A stretch of DNA of 64,000 bases from a virus: the IMG/VR virus record IMGVR_UViG_3300044701_003269, positions 110,187-174,186 of that record; one strand, 5' to 3'. Position 1 is the first letter of the stretch. Every line of letters begins with the position of its first letter. The position numbers and the translations under genes are program-made. The notes beneath the pieces are model-generated. The model made no database searches, was not told the origin of the DNA, and was given only the letters and a program-made list of their open reading frames with translations. Shown here piece after piece: positions 18,634 through 26,788 of this stretch.

Positions 18634-18893
18634 CATATGAACCACAAGTTAATGACTACGTTGTATGGTCGAAAGGTGTGGAAGGATGGGTTTATTTCAA
18701 AGACAGAGAATACATTACCATTGAGTATATTGTTCGACCAAAGGATGAAGTAAACCTTGAATGTTGCCCCATTCACAAAAATGAAAGATTACTTGTGATT
18801 TGTTATGCCCAGCAATGGAAAGAATTAAAATATATCAAGTCTCGTCAATCAATACATGAAAAAACAGAAAACTGCTTGGCGATTGCTTGCTAA
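18630..18893 (+). CDS. Hypothetical phage protein
   Basis: MTYEPQVNDYV start overlapping the nuclease stop. Confidence 0.65.
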   Translation: MTYEPQVNDYVVWSKGVEGWVYFKDREYITIEYIVRPKDEVNLECCPIHKNERLLVICYAQQWKELKYIKSRQSIHEKTENCLAIAC

Positions 18894-19134
18894 AGCACTT
18901 GGAGAGAAAGCAAGTAAATGTGATAAGGAAGCAGATAAAGTAGCACTCATCCGTCTACTGATTACCATACAAATTCTTGTCACTAACTTCTTTATCATCT
19001 ATGGTGTAATTCGTGTTAATCACTTCCCAATAGATAGACAACAAAAAGTTGAAGTTGTAATTGATGGTTCTGTGCTCCCAGAGTATCAACCTCCGCCAAG
19101 GAGAGGACTAAACAAACCACTTGAATTTGAATGA
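18856..19134 (+). CDS. Hypothetical membrane protein
   Basis: AKALGEKA...ADKVALIR plus TM segment; stop overlaps repeat copy 3. Confidence 0.65.
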   Translation: MKKQKTAWRLLAKALGEKASKCDKEADKVALIRLLITIQILVTNFFIIYGVIRVNHFPIDRQQKVEVVIDGSVLPEYQPPPRRGLNKPLEFE

Positions 19135-19169
19135 ATTAAAGTTACTTAGCTCTAAACTGGACCTATAGT
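19134..19169 (+). repeat. 36-bp repeat, copy 3
   Basis: AATTAAAGTTACTTAGCTCTAAACTGGACCTATAGT. Confidence 0.95.
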
Positions 19170-19175
19170 GTAAGG

Positions 19176-19322
19176 ATGAATGATTCTATGGACTGCTTTG
19201 ATGACATCCAAATTGAAGAAACTTCAGGTTTTGATTTCATCGAACAAGATTTGTCGGACCTCATTGAAGAGGAAAACAATTTCAATATGAATGATTACCT
19301 CAACGGAAACTACGATTACTGA
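19176..19322 (+). CDS. Small highly acidic protein
   Basis: Hand-called ORF MNDSMDCFDDIQIEE... Confidence 0.55.
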   Translation: MNDSMDCFDDIQIEETSGFDFIEQDLSDLIEEENNFNMNDYLNGNYDY

Positions 19323-19499
19323 TTATGACTGAAACAAGCAACTATTGGACTCCCAAACTCAACAATGCAACAAATCGTCGTATTGAGAAACTTGAAAGTG
19401 AGGGTGTAAAGATTAACACAAGCACACACGAAGGACGCAAGGTTATTGGTTACAATTACCTAGAACTTGCAAAAGACTGAACCTTAACTTATCAAAACA

Positions 19500-19709
19500 A
19501 TGACCGAACACATCCCTAACGTCCTGCCCTACATCCGAGAACTGAAAGATACTTGGCGTCGTCAAGATTTCTCCTTCACTAAACAACAGCAAGAAGAATA
19601 TGACATTCTAATTGCTACTCGCCGCGAACGTGTTAAGTATTTCTATGACAATGATATGGTCTGCAAGATTAGTAAATCGGCACAAGATAAACTGAAAGAA
19701 GATAATTAG
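19500..19709 (+). CDS. Hypothetical protein
   Basis: ORF track. Confidence 0.65.
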   Translation: MTEHIPNVLPYIRELKDTWRRQDFSFTKQQQEEYDILIATRRERVKYFYDNDMVCKISKSAQDKLKEDN

Positions 19710-19716
19710 TAAGGTT

Positions 19717-19745
19717 GGGTCCAGTTGAGAGGCTGGACCCTTTCT
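19717..19745 (+). terminator. Hairpin terminator
   Basis: GGGTCCAGT-TGAGAG-GCTGGACCC-TTTCT. Confidence 0.6.
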
Positions 19746-19784
19746 ATTGACTAAATACCTGAAAAGGGTTTATAGTCAATAAAG

Positions 19785-20468
19785 ATGAGAAGTTTTCAGC
19801 AGTTCATGTCTATTTGTGAGGAAGTTGAAGACAAGTCAAAGAGACTTGGATTTGCTGCTACAATTAAGACTGCACAAGCAGGTGGTAGGGTTCGCCCAGA
19901 ACGTAAGAAAACACCTGCCGAAATACGCAGAATGAAAGCTGTGGGTGGTGGTAAGATGGAACCTGTTGGTCCATACAAACCCCGCAAAGATATTGGAACT
20001 CAAAAGACTGCTGCTCAACGTCAGCAACAACCAGAGAAAGAGCGTGGAAGTAAGGAAGTCGCACAATCTTATGCTGAAAAAGTAAAAGCAGAACGTAGAG
20101 CAGCAGCACAAGCAAGAGCAGCAGCTAAGAAAGGTGGTTCTGCAACAACCACAGCAAAAGCAAAACCCAAAGACTTATCAAAACAAGCATCTCAACTTCT
20201 TTCAACAAAGAAAGCAGAAGAGAAACCAGCAACCCGCACAAATAGAAAGTGGAGAACTGAAACTGGTGCTGGTATGACAAAGAGCGAAAGAGCTAGTGCA
20301 AGAGGTAAAGAGAAAACTGCAAAAGCACAAGAAACTAAGAAATCTTCTAGTGAAATTCTTGCCAAGATGCGTAAAGAGTATGAAGAAGGTGGTGGTAAGT
20401 GGAGCAATGCTGTTGCAGTTAGAATGAGAGCAAAGGCAAAAGCAGCAGCACAAGCATCAGGAAGCTGA
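19785..20468 (+). CDS. Lys/Ala-rich late protein, candidate internal head protein
   Basis: Late-promoter-like CTAAATA 19751-19757; N-terminus MRSFQQFMSICEE resembles the T4 capsid-targeting sequence. Confidence 0.6.
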   Translation: MRSFQQFMSICEEVEDKSKRLGFAATIKTAQAGGRVRPERKKTPAEIRRMKAVGGGKMEPVGPYKPRKDIGTQKTAAQRQQQPEKERGSKEVAQSYAEKVKAERRAAAQARAAAKKGGSATTTAKAKPKDLSKQASQLLSTKKAEEKPATRTNRKWRTETGAGMTKSERASARGKEKTAKAQETKKSSSEILAKMRKEYEEGGGKWSNAVAVRMRAKAKAAAQASGS

Positions 20469-20473
20469 GGGGC

Positions 20474-20509
20474 AATTAAAGTTACTTAGCTCCAAAGTGG
20501 ACCTATAGT
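20474..20509 (+). repeat. 36-bp repeat, copy 4
   Basis: Consensus copy followed directly by ATG. Confidence 0.95.
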
Positions 20510-20752
20510 ATGACCGACAACATTATGAAAGTTTCTGAAAAACCCCAAATCATTAACGGTATGGAACATATGGTTACTACTGTTAATGGTTTGGACCGAG
20601 TGGAAATTAACAACAAACTTCATCATCTTGGCGACCAACTTATGAAACTCAAGTTGGAACAAGACCAACTTATTCAAATGCGGAATATGATTGACCGCCA
20701 GAATGAATTGAGTGAGATGAATAACTTATTCGACGAAATGTTCGGCGGTTGA
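20510..20752 (+). CDS. Hypothetical coiled-coil protein
   Basis: ORF track. Confidence 0.65.
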   Translation: MTDNIMKVSEKPQIINGMEHMVTTVNGLDRVEINNKLHHLGDQLMKLKLEQDQLIQMRNMIDRQNELSEMNNLFDEMFGG

Positions 20753-20764
20753 TTAAATAAAAAT

Positions 20765-20857
20765 GTGGGCAGCAACTGTAGGTCTTGGCGGAAATATAGT
20801 TGCGTAAGTCCCACTTTTATTGTATAATAAATAGATATAGTCTCGCCAAGACCTACA
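20765..20857 (+). ncRNA. Structured leader element, copy B
   Basis: GTGGG..GCAACT-loop-AGTTGC..CCCAC; TGTAGGTCTTGGCG 20777-20790 is the exact complement of CGCCAAGACCTACA 20844-20857. Confidence 0.6.
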
Positions 20858-21274
20858 ATGAATAATAAAGAAGCGCAATGTGTGATGTGTGGTCGCACAT
20901 ATAAAAAGTATAGAAATAATCAGTTATATTGTTCTAGGATTTGTTGTGGTAAATCCGATAGAATAAAAAATGGTTATCAACATTCTTTAGAACATTTAAC
21001 AAAAGGCAAAATGGGTTCCATATCTGAACTTGAAGTTTGTACTTATTATCTAAAGCAAGGTTATGAAGTTTTTAGAAATGTAACCCAAGATGGTCTTGTT
21101 GATATCGTTATTTGGAAAAAGGAAACTAATGAAATCCATTTAATAGATGTCAAAACTTATCTTAAGAAAACTGACCCACAAAACTACATAAAGCAAATAG
21201 AGGAAAAAAATGATTTTGGTGTAAAAGTTGTTCCATACAATCATATAACTAAAGAAGTTTTAAGAGACCTCTAA
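20858..21274 (+). CDS. Zn-finger plus PD-(D/E)XK endonuclease (Hjc/I-Ssp6803I-like)
   Basis: CxxC...YCSxxC; GSISE...GYEVF...VDIVI...IDVKT; AT-rich. Confidence 0.7.
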   Translation: MNNKEAQCVMCGRTYKKYRNNQLYCSRICCGKSDRIKNGYQHSLEHLTKGKMGSISELEVCTYYLKQGYEVFRNVTQDGLVDIVIWKKETNEIHLIDVKTYLKKTDPQNYIKQIEEKNDFGVKVVPYNHITKEVLRDL

Positions 21275-21337
21275 ACACTTCTACAAGCGCCTCTAACACC
21301 ATTCTTCTTGTCTTTAGATACCAAACCACTGAGAACT

Positions 21338-21535
21338 ATGAATTATATTCAAATCCCTGATTTTGTGCTGGATAGTATCATCAACTCTCTTCAGCAAGGT
21401 TATGATGTTTGTGCTGGAGTTGATTATTCTTCCGATGAAACTGAGAAGAGACCAGAGTATGCAACTGGATACAGTCGTCCTACAATGTGGGATGTAATTG
21501 TGCGATTGAAGCAATACCAAGAGAAGACCAATTAA
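21338..21535 (+). CDS. Hypothetical protein
   Basis: MNYIQIP start; stop lies within repeat copy 5. Confidence 0.6.
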   Translation: MNYIQIPDFVLDSIINSLQQGYDVCAGVDYSSDETEKRPEYATGYSRPTMWDVIVRLKQYQEKTN

Positions 21536-21565
21536 AGTTACTTAGCTCCAAAGTGACCCTATAGT
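21530..21565 (+). repeat. 36-bp repeat, copy 5
   Basis: AATTAAAGTTACTTAGCTCCAAAGTGACCCTATAGT. Confidence 0.95.
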
Positions 21566-22813
21566 ATGACCGACAACATTATGCAAATCCAACTCCGTCC
21601 TCACCAAGAACGTGGCGTTGCTGCTATGCAAAAGCACGCCAAAGGTCAAATCATTGTTCCTACTGGTGGTGGAAAAACGCTGAAGATGATTTACGATGCT
21701 CTGCGCGAGTTGCAGTCTAAAACTCCTCAGACCATTGTTGTTGTTGCTCCTCGCATCTTGCTTGCAGAGCAGCTGTCTTCTGAGTTCCTAGAGTTTATCA
21801 CCAATGCCGAAGTGATGCACGTTCACAGTGGCGAAACTCACCACTTCAGTTCCACTCGTCCTGGTGAAATTCGCAACTGGGTTGAGAGCAATGCCGACAA
21901 TCATCGCCTGATTGTAACCACCTACAACTCCCTGTCGCGTCTTCAAGTGGCAGAGATTGATGTGGATACCATCTACTTTGATGAGGCACATAACTCAGTT
22001 CAGCGTCACTTTTTCCCTGCAACAGAGCACTTTGCTGCTAATGCACGTCGCTGCTATTTCTTCACTGCTACACCCAAGCACAGTCTAGCTGTAGGCAAAG
22101 CAGGTATGAATGATGCTGCAGTCTACGGTCAAGTAATCTGCAAAGTTCCTGCTCCTGAGTTGGTTGAAGGTGGTTACATTGTGCCTCCTAAAGTGGTTGT
22201 CAAGCAACTGGAGATGGTACAGGGCAAGCAGACCAACTTCGACCGCGACGCTGAGAATCTGCTGGAAACGATTGATGACAACAAGGTTGGCAAGATTCTG
22301 ATTTGTGCTAAGGCAACCAAGCAAATCGTCTCTCTGGTGACTGAAACTGATTTCTGCTTCCAGTTGGAATGTCGCGGTTATTCTTGGATGTATATTACTG
22401 CCAAGACTGGTGCAGTTATTGACGGTCAGAAGGTCAACCGTGAGGTATTCTTTGACACCCTAAGTGCCTGGGGCAAGGATAACTCTAAGAAGTTTGTGGT
22501 TCTTCACCACAGCATCCTAGCTGAAGGTATCAACGTCAGCGGTTTGGAAGCAGTGCTTTTCCTCCGCAATATGGACTTCATTGGTATCTCTCAGACCATC
22601 GGACGTTGCATCCGTTTGCACCACGATGATGCCCAAGGTATGCGCGATGGACGTATCGAACCTGGCAACCTCAGTCAGTATAGCAAATCGTTCGGTCTTG
22701 TGTGTATCCCTGTCTACAGCAGGGTTGGTATCACTACCGCCAAAGCTGTGCAGTCGGTTGTTGATACCATCTTTCAGAAGGGAGAACCTGCCATCTCGGT
22801 GGTTCGCAGGTAA
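21566..22813 (+). CDS. SF2 DEAH helicase (type III restriction Res-like ATPase)
   Basis: LRPHQ, PTGGGKT (Walker A), DEAH, TATP, LAEGINV, QTIGRCIR. Confidence 0.9.
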   Translation: MTDNIMQIQLRPHQERGVAAMQKHAKGQIIVPTGGGKTLKMIYDALRELQSKTPQTIVVVAPRILLAEQLSSEFLEFITNAEVMHVHSGETHHFSSTRPGEIRNWVESNADNHRLIVTTYNSLSRLQVAEIDVDTIYFDEAHNSVQRHFFPATEHFAANARRCYFFTATPKHSLAVGKAGMNDAAVYGQVICKVPAPELVEGGYIVPPKVVVKQLEMVQGKQTNFDRDAENLLETIDDNKVGKILICAKATKQIVSLVTETDFCFQLECRGYSWMYITAKTGAVIDGQKVNREVFFDTLSAWGKDNSKKFVVLHHSILAEGINVSGLEAVLFLRNMDFIGISQTIGRCIRLHHDDAQGMRDGRIEPGNLSQYSKSFGLVCIPVYSRVGITTAKAVQSVVDTIFQKGEPAISVVRR

Positions 22814-22925
22814 GTCTCACTGAGACCCCAGGCCACCACTGGGGTCAAAACCGGATTTTTCTGCAATTTTACGTCACAGACCCTATGGGTCATCCACCGC
22901 AACCAAATTCACGATTTTTCTCAAA

Positions 22926-23456
22926 GTGAACCCAAAGAACTGGAAAGCTTACTGCCAAACTACATTCAACTCATTGGCAGCAAATGTAGACAACTGGGGA
23001 GACCCTGATTTCTTCCGACCCATCACACGTTTGTTCTACATTGGCGTGTTCGATTGTGGGCAAGTGAATCATCTTGGTCTGATAAGTGAAGAAGCAAAAG
23101 ATAATGCTAAGGAGCGCACACACGACCATTGTTTGTCACCACAATTTATCGGTCGGATGATTATGGATAACCCAGACAAATACCTGTCTGATTATGATGT
23201 ATTTGAGAACCTGTTTTGGTTATCTTGCTCTACGATTACAGTGACCAAGGATGAGAATAGGAGACTAAGTATGCTGACAGAGAATGATGGCACAAACTAC
23301 AAAGTTCACGTTCCAACTAATCTCAAGTATCAGCATCTTGGCATCAAACTATATCAGAAGAATGGTGCAAGATGGGATAATGCTGTAGAATATGATGACA
23401 ACATTATTCCAGCACCTGTAGATTTGTTGGAATATGAGAAGAGGTTTCTAGTATGA
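22926..23456 (+). CDS. Hypothetical protein, possible HNH-like nuclease fold
   Basis: THDHCLSP...TITVTKDENRRL. Confidence 0.55.
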   Translation: MNPKNWKAYCQTTFNSLAANVDNWGDPDFFRPITRLFYIGVFDCGQVNHLGLISEEAKDNAKERTHDHCLSPQFIGRMIMDNPDKYLSDYDVFENLFWLSCSTITVTKDENRRLSMLTENDGTNYKVHVPTNLKYQHLGIKLYQKNGARWDNAVEYDDNIIPAPVDLLEYEKRFLV

Positions 23457-23629
23457 AAGAAGGATTTATTGTTGGCAAAGGTAACTATGCAGCCGTGCCC
23501 TATGGTAATCAACTGATGATCATTCACAACGGAGAGCAACTCAAAGTGTGTAGGACCGAAGCATCAGCACGAAAATTTATTGACGACCACAAAAAGGGTA
23601 AATCACAGGCAAAGCTTCCTGTCGATTAA
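23453..23629 (+). CDS. Small hypothetical protein (58 aa)
   Basis: Hand-called ORF MKEGFIVGKGNYAAVPYG...; TAA inside repeat copy 6. Confidence 0.65.
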   Translation: MKEGFIVGKGNYAAVPYGNQLMIIHNGEQLKVCRTEASARKFIDDHKKGKSQAKLPVD

Positions 23630-23659
23630 AGTTACTTAGCTCCAAAGCGGACCTATTGC
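23624..23659 (+). repeat. 36-bp repeat, copy 6
   Basis: GATTAAAGTTACTTAGCTCCAAAGCGGACCTATTGC. Confidence 0.9.
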
Positions 23660-23676
23660 ATGATCACCCAATTTCA

Positions 23677-24282
23677 ATGACTTTCCCACAACAACTCATT
23701 GATGCCGTTAATTATCTTTCTGGCATTGTAACAATCAGTGAGAATCACGAGGATGGTCGTGTGAATAGTATCACAGATGAAGATACTGTAATTGATCTCC
23801 TCATTGAAAAATATGGTGAAGAAAATGTACAAAAACCAGCAGCACGTTGCTGGTGGGATGTAAAATTATTTGGTTATCCTCTCAACATTAAGTCTTCCGA
23901 CTTTGCTAAGGGTGCATCAGACAACTTTTCATCTAAAGCAGCAATTCTTTATGCTTTGACTGATCTTCCCGAGGATAAAGTGATTGTTTCCTCCTGGGGT
24001 AAGTTTCAGGATGCCCTGAAGAATCATGGCGGAAAAGAAAATGACCGCGATTATTATATCATTGCAGTTGATAAGGGGACTCGCGAAGTTTATTTGCAGA
24101 GTCTTAAATCTCTGAACAAGCTAACTCCTAACGGCAACAATCTTCCATTCCAAATCAAGTGGAAAGATAACATTCAACCTGTTCAACGTGACTATGGACA
24201 ATCGTATGAGTTTCTGATAGAATGTTACAAGGAATCAGTACGCCGTAAGATTAACGCACACGATGGTTTTGAACAACTTTGA
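23677..24282 (+). CDS. Putative type II restriction endonuclease
   Basis: PD-(D/E)XK-like WWDVKLFGYPLNIKS; NGNNLPFQIKW; overlaps a DNA methyltransferase gene. Confidence 0.6.
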   Translation: MTFPQQLIDAVNYLSGIVTISENHEDGRVNSITDEDTVIDLLIEKYGEENVQKPAARCWWDVKLFGYPLNIKSSDFAKGASDNFSSKAAILYALTDLPEDKVIVSSWGKFQDALKNHGGKENDRDYYIIAVDKGTREVYLQSLKSLNKLTPNGNNLPFQIKWKDNIQPVQRDYGQSYEFLIECYKESVRRKINAHDGFEQL

Positions 24283-25033
24283 TCTGCAATTTGGGGATTG
24301 TTTGGAGTTGATGCAATCAATTCCAGACGAATCTATTGATTTTATTTGTTGCGATCCTCCTTATGGAACTACTAGCATTAAGTGGGATTCTGTTCTCGAT
24401 TTCAACGAGATGTGGGAACAGTATGGTAGAATCATTAAACCGAAAGGTATAATTTGTCTGTTTGGTTCTCAACCTTTCTCTGCACAACTTATCTGCTCAA
24501 AGATTAACTGGTTCAGGTACGAATTAGTATGGAACAAAAACAAATGTGGGTCGCCTGGACTTGCCAAATACAGACCAATGAAGACCCACGAGAATATAAT
24601 GATCTTCTCCAAAGAATCAGGTGGAACTTACAACCCACAGATGGAAAAAGGAGAACCATACTCAAGAACAAGTAAAAATCCTGAGGGTTACGTTGGGAGA
24701 AAAAATGATCACGGTTATGGTATGAAACCTCGCAAATCATTCTCCAATGATGGTACTAGGTATCCAAAGTCAGTTCTCAACATTTCTAGAGATTTCAGTG
24801 CTCAGCAACAAGTTCATCCAACACAAAAACCTGTTCCTCTGATGGAATGGTTGATCAAGACTTATTCTAACGAAGGTGAAACTGTACTTGACAATTGTAT
24901 GGGATCTGGATCAACTGGTGTAGCAGCTGTTAAACTTGGTCGCAAGTTTATTGGAATGGATAGTGATCCTGGATACTTTGAAATTGCTCAAGATAGAATC
25001 ACTCAGATTCCCGTGGATGTTACCTCATTCTAG
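24263..25033 (+). CDS. DNA amino-methyltransferase (N6-A/N4-C, beta class)
   Basis: GDCLE, CDPPYG, HPTQKP, LDNCMGSGSTG; catalytic motif precedes the SAM-binding motif. Confidence 0.92.
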   Translation: MVLNNFDLQFGDCLELMQSIPDESIDFICCDPPYGTTSIKWDSVLDFNEMWEQYGRIIKPKGIICLFGSQPFSAQLICSKINWFRYELVWNKNKCGSPGLAKYRPMKTHENIMIFSKESGGTYNPQMEKGEPYSRTSKNPEGYVGRKNDHGYGMKPRKSFSNDGTRYPKSVLNISRDFSAQQQVHPTQKPVPLMEWLIKTYSNEGETVLDNCMGSGSTGVAAVKLGRKFIGMDSDPGYFEIAQDRITQIPVDVTSF

Positions 25034-25046
25034 CAAACTTTTATCA

Positions 25047-25082
25047 AATTAAAGTTACTTAGCTCCAAAGCGGACCTGTAGT
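25047..25082 (+). repeat. 36-bp repeat, copy 7
   Basis: AATTAAAGTTACTTAGCTCCAAAGCGGACCTGTAGT. Confidence 0.95.
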
Positions 25083-26006
25083 ATGAAGACCAAACCGATG
25101 CAAAACAAGCACCTAGAGCACCCAGAAGATGAGATTTTGACTGGCAATCTGTCAGTGCTTGATTGGTTCTCTGAGGTAGAATCTACTATCAGTGTGAAGA
25201 TGGATGGTGCCCCAGCTATTGTGTGGGGAACTAATCCTCAGAATGGTAAGTTCTTTGTCTGCACCAAAGCAGCATTTAACAAGAAAAAGATTCGCCTTTG
25301 CTATAACGAAGATGACATCTTCACCCATTTCGGTGGACAACCAAGGGTAACACAGATTCTCATTTTCTGCCTAGATTTCCTGCCTCGCACTCAACAAGTG
25401 ATGCAAGGTGATTGGATTGGTTTTGGTGGTGGGTTGGATACATTTACTCCCAATACGATTACTTACAAGTTCCCTGCGCCAGTTCGCCAGGATATTGTTA
25501 TCGCTCCACATACAATCTACAGCGGTTCCGATGACATTCGTGAGATGACTGCTGCTCCTCTGACTAGCAAACTCATCAGCACTAAGCATTGCTTGTTCGT
25601 GCAGCCTGAAGTCGAACTTAACCCTTTCCGTGAGGATTTGGAGGATGTGTGTAAGTTTGCCAAGCAAATGTCTACTCTGTGTGAGTTTGTGAGCGATAAG
25701 AAAGCATCACAAATCAAAAAAGAGATTAACGCTTGCATCCGTGAGGAAAAGGTCGTGGATGAAAATGAAATTGCAGAAAAATGTGATTGTGACAAGTATC
25801 TCATCTCTTTGTGGAAACTGGTGAAGTCTATCAAGGATGATTTGTTCCTTTTCATTCACGAACTGGATGAGATTGAGTGCTCTATTGGTGATGAGGTAAG
25901 TTTCCACGAAGGTTATGTCATTCGCAACAAGTTTGGTACTTACAAAGTCGTTGACCGTGAAACATTCTCTCACGCAAACTTTACCATCGCCAAGAATTGG
26001 GGGTGA
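25083..26006 (+). CDS. DUF6267-like protein with ligase/nucleotidyltransferase motifs
   Basis: HLEHPED, SVKMDGAP (motif I KxDG), QGD, HEGYV, YKVVDR. Confidence 0.65.
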   Translation: MKTKPMQNKHLEHPEDEILTGNLSVLDWFSEVESTISVKMDGAPAIVWGTNPQNGKFFVCTKAAFNKKKIRLCYNEDDIFTHFGGQPRVTQILIFCLDFLPRTQQVMQGDWIGFGGGLDTFTPNTITYKFPAPVRQDIVIAPHTIYSGSDDIREMTAAPLTSKLISTKHCLFVQPEVELNPFREDLEDVCKFAKQMSTLCEFVSDKKASQIKKEINACIREEKVVDENEIAEKCDCDKYLISLWKLVKSIKDDLFLFIHELDEIECSIGDEVSFHEGYVIRNKFGTYKVVDRETFSHANFTIAKNWG

Positions 26007-26040
26007 TTAAAGTTGCTTAGCTTCAAAGTGGACTTATAGT
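26005..26040 (+). repeat. 36-bp repeat, copy 8
   Basis: GATTAAAGTTGCTTAGCTTCAAAGTGGACTTATAGT. Confidence 0.9.
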
Positions 26041-26283
26041 ATGACAACCACTGAAATGACCGACACTATTAACGACCTTACAGTAACACGTTCCCTGCGC
26101 CTGCTGCGTGATGGTTTCAAAAGTGATTTTGCGACCTTTGCTTACAATGACGAAAGGATGACAGAACTTATAGCACAACTTGCAAGTGAGTTTGTAGAAT
26201 CAAACATTCCTGTGATTGATGAAGACAACCAGATGGAACTTTCTATGATGCTGTTGGAATCCCTGGAGATTATTGTACGATGA
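26041..26283 (+). CDS. Hypothetical protein
   Basis: ORF abutting the repeat. Confidence 0.65.
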   Translation: MTTTEMTDTINDLTVTRSLRLLRDGFKSDFATFAYNDERMTELIAQLASEFVESNIPVIDEDNQMELSMMLLESLEIIVR

Positions 26284-26537
26284 AACTCTTTCAATACGAT
26301 AAAAAAGTTTGGGAAGGTGGTGAAACTTCACGCACTTGGCAGTTTGGTATCTTCAAAAATCATTCATTTCTGTGGGTGAATTATGAGAACCCCAGTTGTC
26401 AAGTTTATCCTTCTGGTGGTCTTCATATCCTACTCTCATTTTTTACCAGTTCTTTATTTGGAGTAGATTTTCAGATTGGTAAATATGATTTGAGTTTTAA
26501 CTTTTTTACTGAATACTTTGAGGGGTGGAATGAATGA
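26280..26537 (+). CDS. Hypothetical protein
   Basis: ORF track; similar character to ORF 7534. Confidence 0.6.
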   Translation: MKLFQYDKKVWEGGETSRTWQFGIFKNHSFLWVNYENPSCQVYPSGGLHILLSFFTSSLFGVDFQIGKYDLSFNFFTEYFEGWNE

Positions 26538-26788
26538 CTTACTCTAATCTCTCAAAGATTCGTCCTAAACTTCGTACTGAAGGTCGCATAACTGGAAATT
26601 GGGGAAAACCAAAGGTTTCTGCGGGTTCTACACTCAACGACATCGGTGGTGATGGTAACATAGGAGCAACACAAGACGAATACTTAAATCGTCTGTATTA
26701 TGCTTTTGATAACACTACCGACCCCAAACTTCAACGCTTCATTTACTCTGAAATCCGTAAAATTCACATTCAAAGAGGTACTTGGTAA
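26534..26788 (+). CDS. Hypothetical phage protein
   Basis: ORF track. Confidence 0.65.
   Translation: MTYSNLSKIRPKLRTEGRITGNWGKPKVSAGSTLNDIGGDGNIGATQDEYLNRLYYAFDNTTDPKLQRFIYSEIRKIHIQRGTW

Noticed and set aside
20495-20509. T7/SP6-type RNA polymerase promoter (GAC..CTATAG resemblance)
   Set aside because: Only the CTATAG end matches and spacing differs; no single-subunit RNAP in the window, and the phage is T4-like.
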